Source of the DNA: a virus
Taxonomy: Duplodnaviria; Caudoviricetes
Virus record (IMG/VR): IMGVR_UViG_3300020109_000001
Coordinates: 1-61,169 of that record
DNA length: 61,169 nt
Reading direction: 5' to 3' (one strand)
A model generated the notes under the pieces. That model was not told the DNA's origin, searched no databases, and saw only the letters and a list, made by a program, of their open reading frames with translations. The stretch's first letter is position 1. Each line of letters starts with the position of its first letter. Of this stretch, positions 17,804 through 26,612 are shown piece after piece. A program made the translations under genes and the position numbers.

Positions 17804-18797
17804 GTTTATTGGTCCACTTTTGGAAACGACGATTGATCCACAGCTGCATAGCTAGTTGCCAGTCTGTGGCTTCGATACAACCCAACCACTCGTAACACTG
17901 TTCCCAGTTCTTCTCCTTGAAAGCCAGATGCGCCATCCAAGCAGGACGAGCCGTCAGATAGAACCACATGTTCTCATAATCGTGAGTATTCACTGGATCC
18001 ATCATGAACTTGTGGAGATCCTGGTCCCACTTGTCAGGATTGGACATAATCGACCAAGGTTCGACTCGACCAGTTCGATAGAAGTTCGTGTCAATCATGC
18101 CATGAATCGCAAACTTGTTTAGCACATCTGTGTAGGCGTGCCAGTTGTTACTCATCTGGTAGAACTTACCTACAGGTACACCAATTCTGCCAGCGAGGTA
18201 TTCCTGTAAGAACGTCATGTGTACCGCGTTGGCACCGTAAGCGCCATAAATCACGTCATTGGATCGAACACAGACGGTGATGTCCAAAGCACCATTCACG
18301 ATACGTGGATAGATGTGTGTGTTGCAGGGGACATCTTTCCACTGCTTCGCACCCAGGTTCTGGAAGTCGACGTACATATCCCACATTGAGATAACGACAC
18401 GTCGATCTTTCGGATCAGCTTTCAGTCTTTCAACTGTTCGATCCAGCTGGTCATAACCCGTCCAATCTCTCCAACGACGACCATAAGCACCATGAATATT
18501 TCCACCCTCTTCACCAAATCGACTTGAAAAGTCTCCCACAAATCGATCCAGCCAGCGACCATCCCGATCACCGTGCAACATCCACAAACACTCGAACAGA
18601 TGGAAGAACGGATTGGCGTCCCTATTCTCATCGAAGAGAACGCGCTCCATGGGTCGATCCGTGACAGTCATAACCGGGAAGGGGACAACCTTCACCTGAC
18701 CAGCCCGCGAATCCTCAATCACTCCATCTCGCTGGACGAAATGGAGTGCCTGAGGATAAAGATCGTTGATGTTGCGCCCACTCAGTACATATGTCAT
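17793..18797 (-). CDS. thymidylate synthase homolog, probable dUMP hydroxymethylase
   Basis: DANPFFH, DRR.VISMWD, DVPCN (catalytic Cys), RSND..YGAYGAN (Asn consistent with dUMP specificity), NNWHAY; modification-cluster context. Confidence 0.85.
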   Translation of the reverse strand: MTYVLSGRNINDLYPQALHFVQRDGVIEDSRAGQVKVVPFPVMTVTDRPMERVLFDENRDANPFFHLFECLWMLHGDRDGRWLDRFVGDFSSRFGEEGGNIHGAYGRRWRDWTGYDQLDRTVERLKADPKDRRVVISMWDMYVDFQNLGAKQWKDVPCNTHIYPRIVNGALDITVCVRSNDVIYGAYGANAVHMTFLQEYLAGRIGVPVGKFYQMSNNWHAYTDVLNKFAIHGMIDTNFYRTGRVEPWSIMSNPDKWDQDLHKFMMDPVNTHDYENMWFYLTARPAWMAHLAFKEKNWEQCYEWLGCIEATDWQLAMQLWINRRFQKWTNKHAE

Positions 18798-19612
18798 GCT
18801 CGGTCTCCTATCTCATACGCCTTCTTCCACTGAACGGTGGCCTCGACACGAGTGCCGAACTCACCACCGCCCTTGTTCTCCTTGACACGTGCGGACACGT
18901 AACCAGGATGCAAATCCATCAGCTTGTACACTGCTTGCTCTTGTAGGTCATGTGTGCGCCAGATCGAGCAACCACCCTCAGTGTTCGTTGCCTTCTGGCC
19001 CGTGGCCCAATAGACAGTTACACAAGTGAGACGCTTCCTGCGGAGGAGTTGTAAGGTGATGTCGAAATCCTCCATAACCGGAACCCGCCCATGTTCCAGT
19101 GAGAGAAACTCATCGACCGAGAAGGCGTTGGCACGCATCCCTCGATAGTGAGGTTGTACTGCTTCGCGACCTCCGAGGCCCAAGCGATTGTTTCCTTCTC
19201 GGGCACCCAAGGAGACTTGCGCATATCCAGAATCCAACAAGCTAATGACGTCATTGTACATGTCGACTGTTTCGTCATCTTCCGTGTACCTCAACTGCCA
19301 ATTGTCGGGTGCTCGACGGACCAGGAAGTTTACATCATCGTCGACCATCAGGATCTTCTTGTATCCACGCTTTCGCGCTTCAACGGCCATCTGCCGGCGC
19401 TTCTCTCCAATGTTCCAATAACCCAACATCATAACGTCATTAACGTGCTCAAGAATCTTCGGATCACGGTAACGCCCACCATCTTCAACGTGCGTGAACA
19501 TAAACGTGTGTTCACGAAGCTTCGGTGACAGACATTTGAGAGTGTCCCGGAATCCTAGCACCTGCTTGTGACGACCCCGAGAAGGAATCGCGATCATCAT
19601 ATCATTCGACAT
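18794..19612 (-). CDS. GT-A fold DNA-base glycosyltransferase (TAGT/GREB1/JGT-like)
   Basis: IAIPSRGR, IG.KR, MVDDD, MEDFD.TLQLL, EGGCS..RT; GAGGAG SD before ATG 19612. Confidence 0.8.
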   Translation of the reverse strand: MSNDMMIAIPSRGRHKQVLGFRDTLKCLSPKLREHTFMFTHVEDGGRYRDPKILEHVNDVMMLGYWNIGEKRRQMAVEARKRGYKKILMVDDDVNFLVRRAPDNWQLRYTEDDETVDMYNDVISLLDSGYAQVSLGAREGNNRLGLGGREAVQPHYRGMRANAFSVDEFLSLEHGRVPVMEDFDITLQLLRRKRLTCVTVYWATGQKATNTEGGCSIWRTHDLQEQAVYKLMDLHPGYVSARVKENKGGGEFGTRVEATVQWKKAYEIGDRA

Positions 19613-20051
19613 TTTCGGACTCCTCAAGTTTCCTGGTGATTCCCTCGAGATATTCATCCCCAGCAGGAACGTCAGTGCTTCCTGGAGCCGGCTCATCTTC
19701 TTTCCCCGGATATGTATCTGGAAACCATCCTAATGATCCATCCTGATCCATATCACCGTGCCAGAACTCGAAATTCGGAACAAGGATGCTCTTCCAATAA
19801 TCAGGATACTGGTTCTGTGGATGCTGTAGAATTAGATTTGGCTCGAATATAAGACCACGGCGAACAATCTCTCGAGCCATACAGTCTCCGATCATCATGA
19901 GATAGACCAGGTATGGCTTCCACTCAGAATCTTCAGCCTCCCCCGCCTGAATGTCTCGATGAAGATCACGAGCGTCACGAAAGTTGTCCAGAACGACGTT
20001 ATCCGGTAAAACCGCTGCACTGATTACAGGGTTTGGGAATGGTAGATACAT
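19602..20051 (-). CDS. divergent endonuclease V / pyrimidine-dimer glycosylase-fold protein, paralog of 9466-9882
   Basis: YLPF.....SA.VL and W..Y...L......MAREIVRRG align to FLPY.....SV.CL and W..H...L......IREWIRRG. Confidence 0.55.
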   Translation of the reverse strand: MYLPFPNPVISAAVLPDNVVLDNFRDARDLHRDIQAGEAEDSEWKPYLVYLMMIGDCMAREIVRRGLIFEPNLILQHPQNQYPDYWKSILVPNFEFWHGDMDQDGSLGWFPDTYPGKEDEPAPGSTDVPAGDEYLEGITRKLEESENVE

Positions 20052-20074
20052 CAGATTTCTCCTTCTCTTAGGGT

Positions 20075-20103
20075 ATTATACCCTGTCAAAAGGGCTGGCG
20101 CTA
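20075..20103 (-). promoter_or_regulatory. promoter TAGCGC-N17-TATAAT for the modification and polymerase operon
   Basis: ATTATA at 20075-20080, GCGCTA at 20098-20103; same -35 as at 28140. Confidence 0.65.
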
Positions 20104-20154
20104 CGGGGATCAGCGGGGAGAAGCGCTCGGTCGAAGTGTTTCATGGGGATGCTC

Positions 20155-20313
20155 CTAACCGAACAGAAAAATAATGAACGAGCCTGACGCAGCGACGAAC
20201 ATGGTAAAGATCACTGCGGACAACACAGAGGCAAGTTCGCTCGATCTGAACATTTTTACCCGATCCTTCAGCGGGATACGTTCGAGATAGATGCGCTTAC
20301 GGGGTGGGGTCAT
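20155..20313 (-). CDS. small membrane protein (52 aa, MTPPRKRIYL...), not in the ORF track
   Basis: Hand translation; TAAGGAG SD; C-terminal hydrophobic helix. Confidence 0.55.
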   Translation of the reverse strand: MTPPRKRIYLERIPLKDRVKMFRSSELASVLSAVIFTMFVAASGSFIIFLFG

Positions 20314-20334
20314 GTGGTTGCTCCTTAGAGGTGC

Positions 20335-20583
20335 TTAGATTTGTTTCTCGTCACCGTCAAGATATCGCTTGAAGTCGATCGTCCAAGGATATTCCTTCTG
20401 CATGTTCTTGAACTGTTCAGCAGTACCAACCCATGCATAGTTGCGGTCAGTTGTTTCGCCAAGGCAACTGTAATTGACGTATGTCCTGCTCTCAGCATTC
20501 CAGGCGATGTATTTCCTACCACCTGGAAATCGAGACTGAACAGCCCATTCGTTGTATTCCCTTTTCTTCTTCAGAGGTTTCAT
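20335..20583 (-). CDS. hypothetical protein (82 aa)
   Basis: ATGA overlap with the kinase gene. Confidence 0.65.
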   Translation of the reverse strand: MKPLKKKREYNEWAVQSRFPGGRKYIAWNAESRTYVNYSCLGETTDRNYAWVGTAEQFKNMQKEYPWTIDFKRYLDGDEKQI

Positions 20584-21527
20584 CGATACGTTCCTCGTGG
20601 CCTTCCTTCACCATTGTTTGCTCGCTGGTACTTGTCGAACTCGCATAGCGAGTGCTCGATCTCTCGCATCTCTAATGGACGCTCGGGCCAAGGCCAATTT
20701 TCAGTTGGTCTCGACATAACTCGAAGATCAAACATTTCTTTATTCCACTCTTCCTTCTTCTGAGTGAAATTCAGCTTCCGACCATGAAGTCTGTTTAGAC
20801 CACGCATCGCACCGGGTCCAGCATTGGCCCAGGTCATGATATCGGGAGCACGCTCCAAGGCCCGAGTGAAGCGGAGGTCGGTCACAACCTCATAGGCCAT
20901 GAAATCACCCAGGTAGCTGAACTTGCGAAGCCAGTCCCAGGCGTCTTGGAGAGTGACCGTGCAATTTGTATCAAACATGATTTCTGCACCTCCTCTCCAA
21001 CTGACATTGTCGATGAGGACACAATCACGTTCTACATTGTGTCGCGTGTATCGAAGTGGGTACTTATCCCTCCAGAAATGCTCCAAGGCCCAACACACAC
21101 CGTGCAGTTTTGTCATTCCGCTCGGAGTCTTGATGATGTAGGCACCTGTGACGAAGGGACCATGAGGACCAATATGCTTGAGCAAAGCATCCTTGATGAT
21201 CTGCCCATCACCAGACTTTCGGAACTCTTCATATGGATTATCTCCAACATAAAGATCATCGGTGTTGAACAATGCTTCACCACTCACAGTCCGATTGAAC
21301 CAACGGAACAGAACCGTCGCCAGAATGATGTCTTCTCGATTCCGGAGCGGATCACGAACATTCTCTCGGAACCACACAGTCGTGCGATCATCTTCACGAA
21401 ACACGTTCGTGAATTTGTAATAGTCGAGAATCTCATCCTTGGTCCAAGGACGAGGCTCCCCGGCCTGCTTCTTCAGGAAGATGCGGTAGCGTTCCTGGAT
21501 GAAATTGAAGAAGGGTGTGGGATCCAT
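20580..21527 (-). CDS. 5-hydroxymethyl-dU DNA kinase (aGPT-Pplase1 family)
   Basis: F...ER..I..KK.AG.P.PWT.D.IL..YKFTNVFREDDR, FRWFN, FMAYE.VTDL, GPGA.RGL, REIEHSLCEFDKY.R. Confidence 0.9.
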   Translation of the reverse strand: MDPTPFFNFIQERYRIFLKKQAGEPRPWTKDEILDYYKFTNVFREDDRTTVWFRENVRDPLRNREDIILATVLFRWFNRTVSGEALFNTDDLYVGDNPYEEFRKSGDGQIIKDALLKHIGPHGPFVTGAYIIKTPSGMTKLHGVCWALEHFWRDKYPLRYTRHNVERDCVLIDNVSWRGGAEIMFDTNCTVTLQDAWDWLRKFSYLGDFMAYEVVTDLRFTRALERAPDIMTWANAGPGAMRGLNRLHGRKLNFTQKKEEWNKEMFDLRVMSRPTENWPWPERPLEMREIEHSLCEFDKYQRANNGEGRPRGTYR

Positions 21528-21530
21528 GAT

Positions 21531-21914
21531 TCAATCCTTCCTCTCAATGCTGAAAGACCAACGCCAGTCTTGTTCCATCATCTCAGCAACTCTTTCACCA
21601 ATCTTACTTCCAAACTCACCAGCTTGAATTGCTGCAACAACCTTCGCCTTGACAGCAGCATTATGCTCGACCATGTACTCTCGCACAGCTTCCCGAGCCG
21701 CATTGCGAAGTTCATGACCGACCAACCAATCAAGATATGAAACTTCTTTGACACCATACTCATGCGAAGTCTTCGGATGACCTGTGTTTTCACTTACAGG
21801 TTTGTTGAAGGCTGCAGCAATCAACTTCTCAACCATTTCAGGTGTTGTGTTGAATGCTTCGATCACCTTCGCCTGGATTGTTGTCTTCAAGAGTGCTTCG
21901 ATTTGTTGGTCCAT
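21531..21914 (-). CDS. hypothetical protein (127 aa)
   Basis: GGAG SD and promoter upstream. Confidence 0.75.
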   Translation of the reverse strand: MDQQIEALLKTTIQAKVIEAFNTTPEMVEKLIAAAFNKPVSENTGHPKTSHEYGVKEVSYLDWLVGHELRNAAREAVREYMVEHNAAVKAKVVAAIQAGEFGSKIGERVAEMMEQDWRWSFSIERKD

Positions 21915-21945
21915 TGGTGGGTCTCCAGCGTTACGTTATACAAGA

Positions 21946-21974
21946 ATTATACCGCTTCAGCGGTCTGCCGTAAA
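21946..21974 (-). promoter_or_regulatory. promoter TTTACG-N17-TATAAT
   Basis: CGTAAA at 21969-21974, ATTATA at 21946-21951. Confidence 0.8.
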
Positions 21975-21978
21975 ACTG

Positions 21979-22006
21979 AAAAACCCCGGAGATTTCTCTC
22001 CGGGGT
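21979..22006 (-). terminator. intrinsic terminator
   Basis: CCCCGGAGA-N4-TCTCCGGGG then TTTTT on the minus strand. Confidence 0.8.
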
Positions 22007-22098
22007 CGACGGGCCATGTGCGTAGGATTGAGTTCAGTCAGTCGTGGCGCGATCAGGCTGCAACCATTCCGAAAACACCCAGGCCCGATCCTGGAAAC

Positions 22099-22854
22099 TC
22101 AGGCAGGGTTCTTGATCGCGATGAAGTTCTTCTGGACGTCGAACTCCAGGTCACCACGAGTCAGGCCGGCAGCAATGGCCTGTTCGACAGTCATGCCATT
22201 GGTGTAGAGCGCGAACCGCTCAGCCGATTTCGAACCAGCACGCTTCGGATTGTTCTCGGCGCCATAGGGATTGCCATCCTTGTCGGCGAGCAGCGTGATG
22301 ATCGACTCGTTCTTGTACTTGGGCTCACGGACCGGAGGCTTGCGCTTCGTGGTACCTTTTTCGGTGGTCGCTTCCGAAGCAGGAGCAGCATCGCTCACGA
22401 TTTGACCAGCATTGGTCTCGGTGGTCGCAGCAGCTTCGGTGTTCTTCGGGTCTTTAGCCATCTTTCTGGTCTCCAGGTTTGGTGCGAGACGATCTCGCTT
22501 GATGATTTCAAAAATGGTTTCTGCCTCAGTGGGTAGAGGTTTGCACTTATCGAGCATCTTTTGCCAAAGAAGCCCGCGATAGCGATCCATGGTGAGGATC
22601 CAGTTGTCCCATCCTTTAGATTTGAAGTCTACAAGAATCTCCGAACGTTCAACTGGATCAACCAGAACTGACAACAACCAGGGAAATTCTCGACGAGTCC
22701 AATTCCTCTCGATGAAATCTGGGCCTTCACAGATCACATCCCCGTACTGGATAAGAGGGTGGGTATATGCTGACTTCCAATCAGGAAACCACCAGAAATC
22801 ACCTTCCCCATTCCGGGTAACTGCAACAACTCCCTTTTCCGCCGCTTCAACCAT
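22099..22854 (-). CDS. hypothetical protein with C-terminal NPKR.GS...RFALY..GMTV domain (paralog family of 3)
   Basis: NPKRAGSKSAERFALYTNGMTVEQAIAAGLTRGDLEFDVQKNFI. Confidence 0.8.
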   Translation of the reverse strand: MVEAAEKGVVAVTRNGEGDFWWFPDWKSAYTHPLIQYGDVICEGPDFIERNWTRREFPWLLSVLVDPVERSEILVDFKSKGWDNWILTMDRYRGLLWQKMLDKCKPLPTEAETIFEIIKRDRLAPNLETRKMAKDPKNTEAAATTETNAGQIVSDAAPASEATTEKGTTKRKPPVREPKYKNESIITLLADKDGNPYGAENNPKRAGSKSAERFALYTNGMTVEQAIAAGLTRGDLEFDVQKNFIAIKNPA

Positions 22855-22860
22855 ATTCTT

Positions 22861-22889
22861 AATTTACCCCCGCATCAGGACGTTGTAAA
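22861..22889 (-). promoter_or_regulatory. promoter TTTACA-N17-TAAATT; predicted +1 coincides with ATG 22854 (leaderless)
   Basis: TGTAAA at 22884-22889, AATTTA at 22861-22866; no SD. Confidence 0.6.
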
Positions 22890-22917
22890 GCGTTATTTTA
22901 CGCCCAAGTTGATATTT

Positions 22918-24417
22918 TTATAGGTCATAGTGGAGAACATCACTCGGCTTCACCAGAGTGAGTTTTTGACGAGTCCGAGTCACTCCAACATACCATACAC
23001 GAGCCTCGTCTTCAGGGTTACTTTGCATCTCTTGATGTGTTCGTTTCGCCATATCTGGAATAAGAATCACATGGTCGGCCTCGCCACCTTTTGAACCATG
23101 GATTGTAGACAGTCGAATGTTCGATTTCCCAAGCGTCTCGCCACGCTGGATCACCGCACGAATGTAATTCAATTCTTCCCTCGGAATACGATCTAGAGCA
23201 TCGAACCAAGGTTTGTCAGTCAACAATCCAGCATTCTTCTTCAGCCACGCGAGGTCGACTTGGAGATCATCAGGATGTCCAGGAATCTTTTTATATCCTC
23301 TTCTAACACCTTTGCCACTCGACATTTGTTCGTAAAGGAATCGAGCATCGTCGACGGATATTTCCTTGCCTCTTCGAAGGTCCTCCCATCTTCTAACCGC
23401 ACCGATAACCGCAGGCTTAATAGATGGTGATGATCGTAAATCGAACTGGTGACCTTCCCTTCGAAGATGCGCAGCGAGATTTCTGAGAGAGAAGACATTC
23501 CGGGCCAATACAAGTATGTCAGTGCCGGAATAATCGATGTCATAGATCGAACTTGCTCGCTCCAGTATTCCTTGTCCTTCTTTAGGTCTCCATTCCTTAT
23601 CACGACGATGCTTAACTTTGCCAATGAGTTCATTCGAAATCTCCTGTATCTCAGCTGGCACCCGCCATGATTGACCCAGAACTCGTGTGTTCCCCCGCAT
23701 GTCCACGAAATGTTCAACAGCTGCACCAGCCCAACGATAAATGGCCTGATCATCGTCTCCGGCCACAACGACACGGGAGGAGCGGGAGGCGAGTTTCTCG
23801 ACAACTCTCCACTGCAGCAGACTCAAGTCTTGTGCTTCGTCTACGATGAGAACTTCAAGCTGTGGTGCCCAGTCCCCATCTGCAAACATTGACAGCATGT
23901 CTGTGTAGTCGTAGAGATTCTTGGCTCGCTTGAACTTTTCCAGACCACGAGCCACACGGTCCACGAACGTCCAAGGAAGACCATCGTGATACTGATCATA
24001 CAGCTGGCGAAGTGGAACACACATCACCCGAGCCATGTTCTCCATATGAAGTGCACGGTCCCCTTCGGTAAACCCAAAGAGTGTTGAGTCATCCATCTTT
24101 AGAGACTGACTCAATCGTATTCCGAGCCAGTCTCCAAATTCCAGCAGCTTCTTGCCTTCAAACACATCAGCATTACTCAAGCCAAGTGTGTGAAAGCACA
24201 TCGAATGTAGTGTCCGGAAGAATGGTAGATCTGTCTTTTGTAGATTGAACTTCTTGACGGCTCGATCTATTGCTTCATTCGCAGCTTTCTTCGTGAATGA
24301 GAAGAACCCAATTCTGTCGGGTGGAGTTCCGATTGAGAGTTCTTCGTCAACAATATTAAGAAGTGATGTAGTTTTTCCACAACCTGGAGGACCGAGAATA
24401 ATTTCAGGTTCCAACAT
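22918..24417 (-). CDS. UvrD/Rep-family SF1 DNA helicase
   Basis: GPPGCGKTT, FTKKAA, VDEAQD, GDDDQAIY, TIHGSKGGE, YVGVTR; start ATG 24417. Confidence 0.95.
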   Translation of the reverse strand: MLEPEIILGPPGCGKTTSLLNIVDEELSIGTPPDRIGFFSFTKKAANEAIDRAVKKFNLQKTDLPFFRTLHSMCFHTLGLSNADVFEGKKLLEFGDWLGIRLSQSLKMDDSTLFGFTEGDRALHMENMARVMCVPLRQLYDQYHDGLPWTFVDRVARGLEKFKRAKNLYDYTDMLSMFADGDWAPQLEVLIVDEAQDLSLLQWRVVEKLASRSSRVVVAGDDDQAIYRWAGAAVEHFVDMRGNTRVLGQSWRVPAEIQEISNELIGKVKHRRDKEWRPKEGQGILERASSIYDIDYSGTDILVLARNVFSLRNLAAHLRREGHQFDLRSSPSIKPAVIGAVRRWEDLRRGKEISVDDARFLYEQMSSGKGVRRGYKKIPGHPDDLQVDLAWLKKNAGLLTDKPWFDALDRIPREELNYIRAVIQRGETLGKSNIRLSTIHGSKGGEADHVILIPDMAKRTHQEMQSNPEDEARVWYVGVTRTRQKLTLVKPSDVLHYDL

Positions 24418-24778
24418 AAAGATCTCTCCTAGTTGCTGCCTGCTCCATATAGTGACTATTCTGAACATTCACTGACTGTGTAACTACTCGTATATTCTTC
24501 CAGCGATTGTCATCTCTTATTCTATTTTCGTGATCGACAACTAATTCTGGTGGGGGATATTCACCAGTCATATAGAAAACTGCAAGTCGTGACACATACC
24601 AATTCTCTCGAAACAAACAAATAGCTCGATGTCCATCAGCTTGTTTCCATCCAGCCTCTTCTCCAGCTTTACATCGCCCTCTACTTTCTCTCCAAGTCAT
24701 TATCCCAGTTATAGGATCATAATGGATCAGTTTAATCAACTGAGCATGTGTGAATGTTGGAACTTTTGCATGTATCAT
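24404..24778 (-). CDS. HNH homing endonuclease
   Basis: YDP.TG...W...G..AG ... RLA.FY.TG..P...VDHENR.RDDNRW.NIR.VT.S.N..N; AT-richer than flanks. Confidence 0.85.
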   Translation of the reverse strand: MIHAKVPTFTHAQLIKLIHYDPITGIMTWRESRGRCKAGEEAGWKQADGHRAICLFRENWYVSRLAVFYMTGEYPPPELVVDHENRIRDDNRWKNIRVVTQSVNVQNSHYMEQAATRRDLYVGT

Positions 24779-24786
24779 TACATCAC

Positions 24787-26346
24787 CTAGATTGGGTCTA
24801 CTGGAACGTCCGGAATGATAGCTTCTGGATCAGCAGTGAACAAGTTGTCCGGAACTGCAAAGAGGTTCACGAATTTGCCACCAATGTTCTTTCCCTTCTT
24901 GGTTCCCAGATCACCGAGGAGTTTCCCCACTTTGTTCCGTCCCCAGACTTTGAAGTTCTCTCGCTCGAGTAGCTTCATGAAATCTTGCAAACGGAACCAG
25001 TGCTGAGCTGTTTCTGGATCAAAGTAAGGACGTCCCTGATGGATGTCTTCCCACCGTTCGCCCTTGTGTCGGTCAGTGATGAATGCCTCAAGGAGTTCCA
25101 TAAAGTGACCCTTAATGGACATTTCTGGTGGCACCTCGATGATCGTAGCATTCTGCATCGCCTCACCAATCATCTGAGACCAGACATCATGTTTCACTGG
25201 CATGAAGAAGATTGTTAGTTGCTCCATACATGCCGCCTGGAACGATCGGTAGTTCTGTAGAGCATCAGTTGACAACTCAATCCGATCACCATCGATATCC
25301 AAGAACCAGATAGGTGGTTCTGAGTTCAACTTCGACAGACCACTCACAACTGGATAGAGACCTGTCCCACCAACACCAAACTTCCGTGTTCGACACACGG
25401 TTGACTCACAATGGTTACAGAGTGGTGTATCACGACAACTGTAATTGTATTCTGATTTCTCAAGATTTTTGATGATGCCCATCATCTCTTCAGAATCGAG
25501 CGGTGGAGTAATGTATTTACGATTGATCTCTTCTAGCTGATCTTTCCAACTCTCGCCGTATTTCTTCTTACAGTACACGCCGAACGCGAAGAGACCCTTG
25601 TTCCTTGTTCCTTCAGGTAATCCGAGGAGTGATAGGTGCTGAAGACATGGAGGACCATCCGCGAATGGAATATCCGACTCAGATTGACCACGCTTCTCAG
25701 TTGCAATCGGTCGGGTGTACTTCACTTCATGAAGTGCGACAGCCATCGACTCGGCATAATTCAAAAACTCTTCAACCGTCATCGCGAGACCGTTCTCACG
25801 TACACCGTAACGATTAGACTCATCACCACCTAGATAGGGCATATTGAGCCAGTTACCCAGGTCACCTTTTTCAGACAGAATGCGATTCTGCTTCGGAAAT
25901 ATCTCGCAATCACCCCAACCCATAGATGCTGCAACATTCTTCAGAGTAGCACGAAGATCTTCTGCTGATTCTGGATACTTGAGGAACAAATATGCATGCG
26001 CTCCCCCGCTCTTGGTCTTACACACGACCAGCGGGAGGCCTCGCTTCTTCAGTTCCTTCACTACCTCTCCGTGGTTGATGTCATATCGATCGACGTCAAT
26101 ACATCCCCAGAGACATGTGCTATCTTTTCGAATCGGGATAATCCCAAGTGCTCTGTCACCTGATAGATGCTGTTCCCACATCTCAATGGTAACTGACTCA
26201 CGAAGGGTTCGTGCTGATTTCTTGATCTCGAGTTTTCCACCTTTCGCATCGTTCTTATCCGTTTTACCATGCGTTCCATGCGCATCTTCGTACCCTGCGA
26301 ACAGGGCCATGAATCTTTCTGCAGTGTTCCTCACCGGACCCTCCAA
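24787..26346 (-). CDS. archaeo-eukaryotic-type primase with PriCT domain
   Basis: HLSG...LGI.P, WGCIDVD, TKSGGAH.YLF, EIFPKQ, GNWLNMPY, PPCL...EGTRN..LF. Confidence 0.85.
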   Translation of the reverse strand: MEGPVRNTAERFMALFAGYEDAHGTHGKTDKNDAKGGKLEIKKSARTLRESVTIEMWEQHLSGDRALGIIPIRKDSTCLWGCIDVDRYDINHGEVVKELKKRGLPLVVCKTKSGGAHAYLFLKYPESAEDLRATLKNVAASMGWGDCEIFPKQNRILSEKGDLGNWLNMPYLGGDESNRYGVRENGLAMTVEEFLNYAESMAVALHEVKYTRPIATEKRGQSESDIPFADGPPCLQHLSLLGLPEGTRNKGLFAFGVYCKKKYGESWKDQLEEINRKYITPPLDSEEMMGIIKNLEKSEYNYSCRDTPLCNHCESTVCRTRKFGVGGTGLYPVVSGLSKLNSEPPIWFLDIDGDRIELSTDALQNYRSFQAACMEQLTIFFMPVKHDVWSQMIGEAMQNATIIEVPPEMSIKGHFMELLEAFITDRHKGERWEDIHQGRPYFDPETAQHWFRLQDFMKLLERENFKVWGRNKVGKLLGDLGTKKGKNIGGKFVNLFAVPDNLFTADPEAIIPDVPVDPI

Positions 26347-26383
26347 TTCGCAAAGTTATGGCCGGGAATCCCCGGCCACTACT

Positions 26384-26611
26384 CTACTCGAATTTGTTGA
26401 GGAAGTCGACAATATGCCGATAGAATGTCACATCAGGCCATTCTGGGTCATAATATGCGATTGTTAATGATAGGTCCGACTCGTTAAGTCCAACCTCACT
26501 GACACAATACACGTCACCAGACTTCTTGTGTGTGTACTCGCGATCGACTTCGACCATCTGCTTGCCCTCATTAACGAGAGCAAGCAACTGTTCCTTCGAG
26601 AGCCTGGTCAT
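26384..26611 (-). CDS. DUF1653-like protein (75 aa)
   Basis: Y.HKK.G..Y.V......E......AY.......FYR....F..KF; start ATG 26611. Confidence 0.6.
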   Translation of the reverse strand: MTRLSKEQLLALVNEGKQMVEVDREYTHKKSGDVYCVSEVGLNESDLSLTIAYYDPEWPDVTFYRHIVDFLNKFE

Positions 26612-26612
26612 T

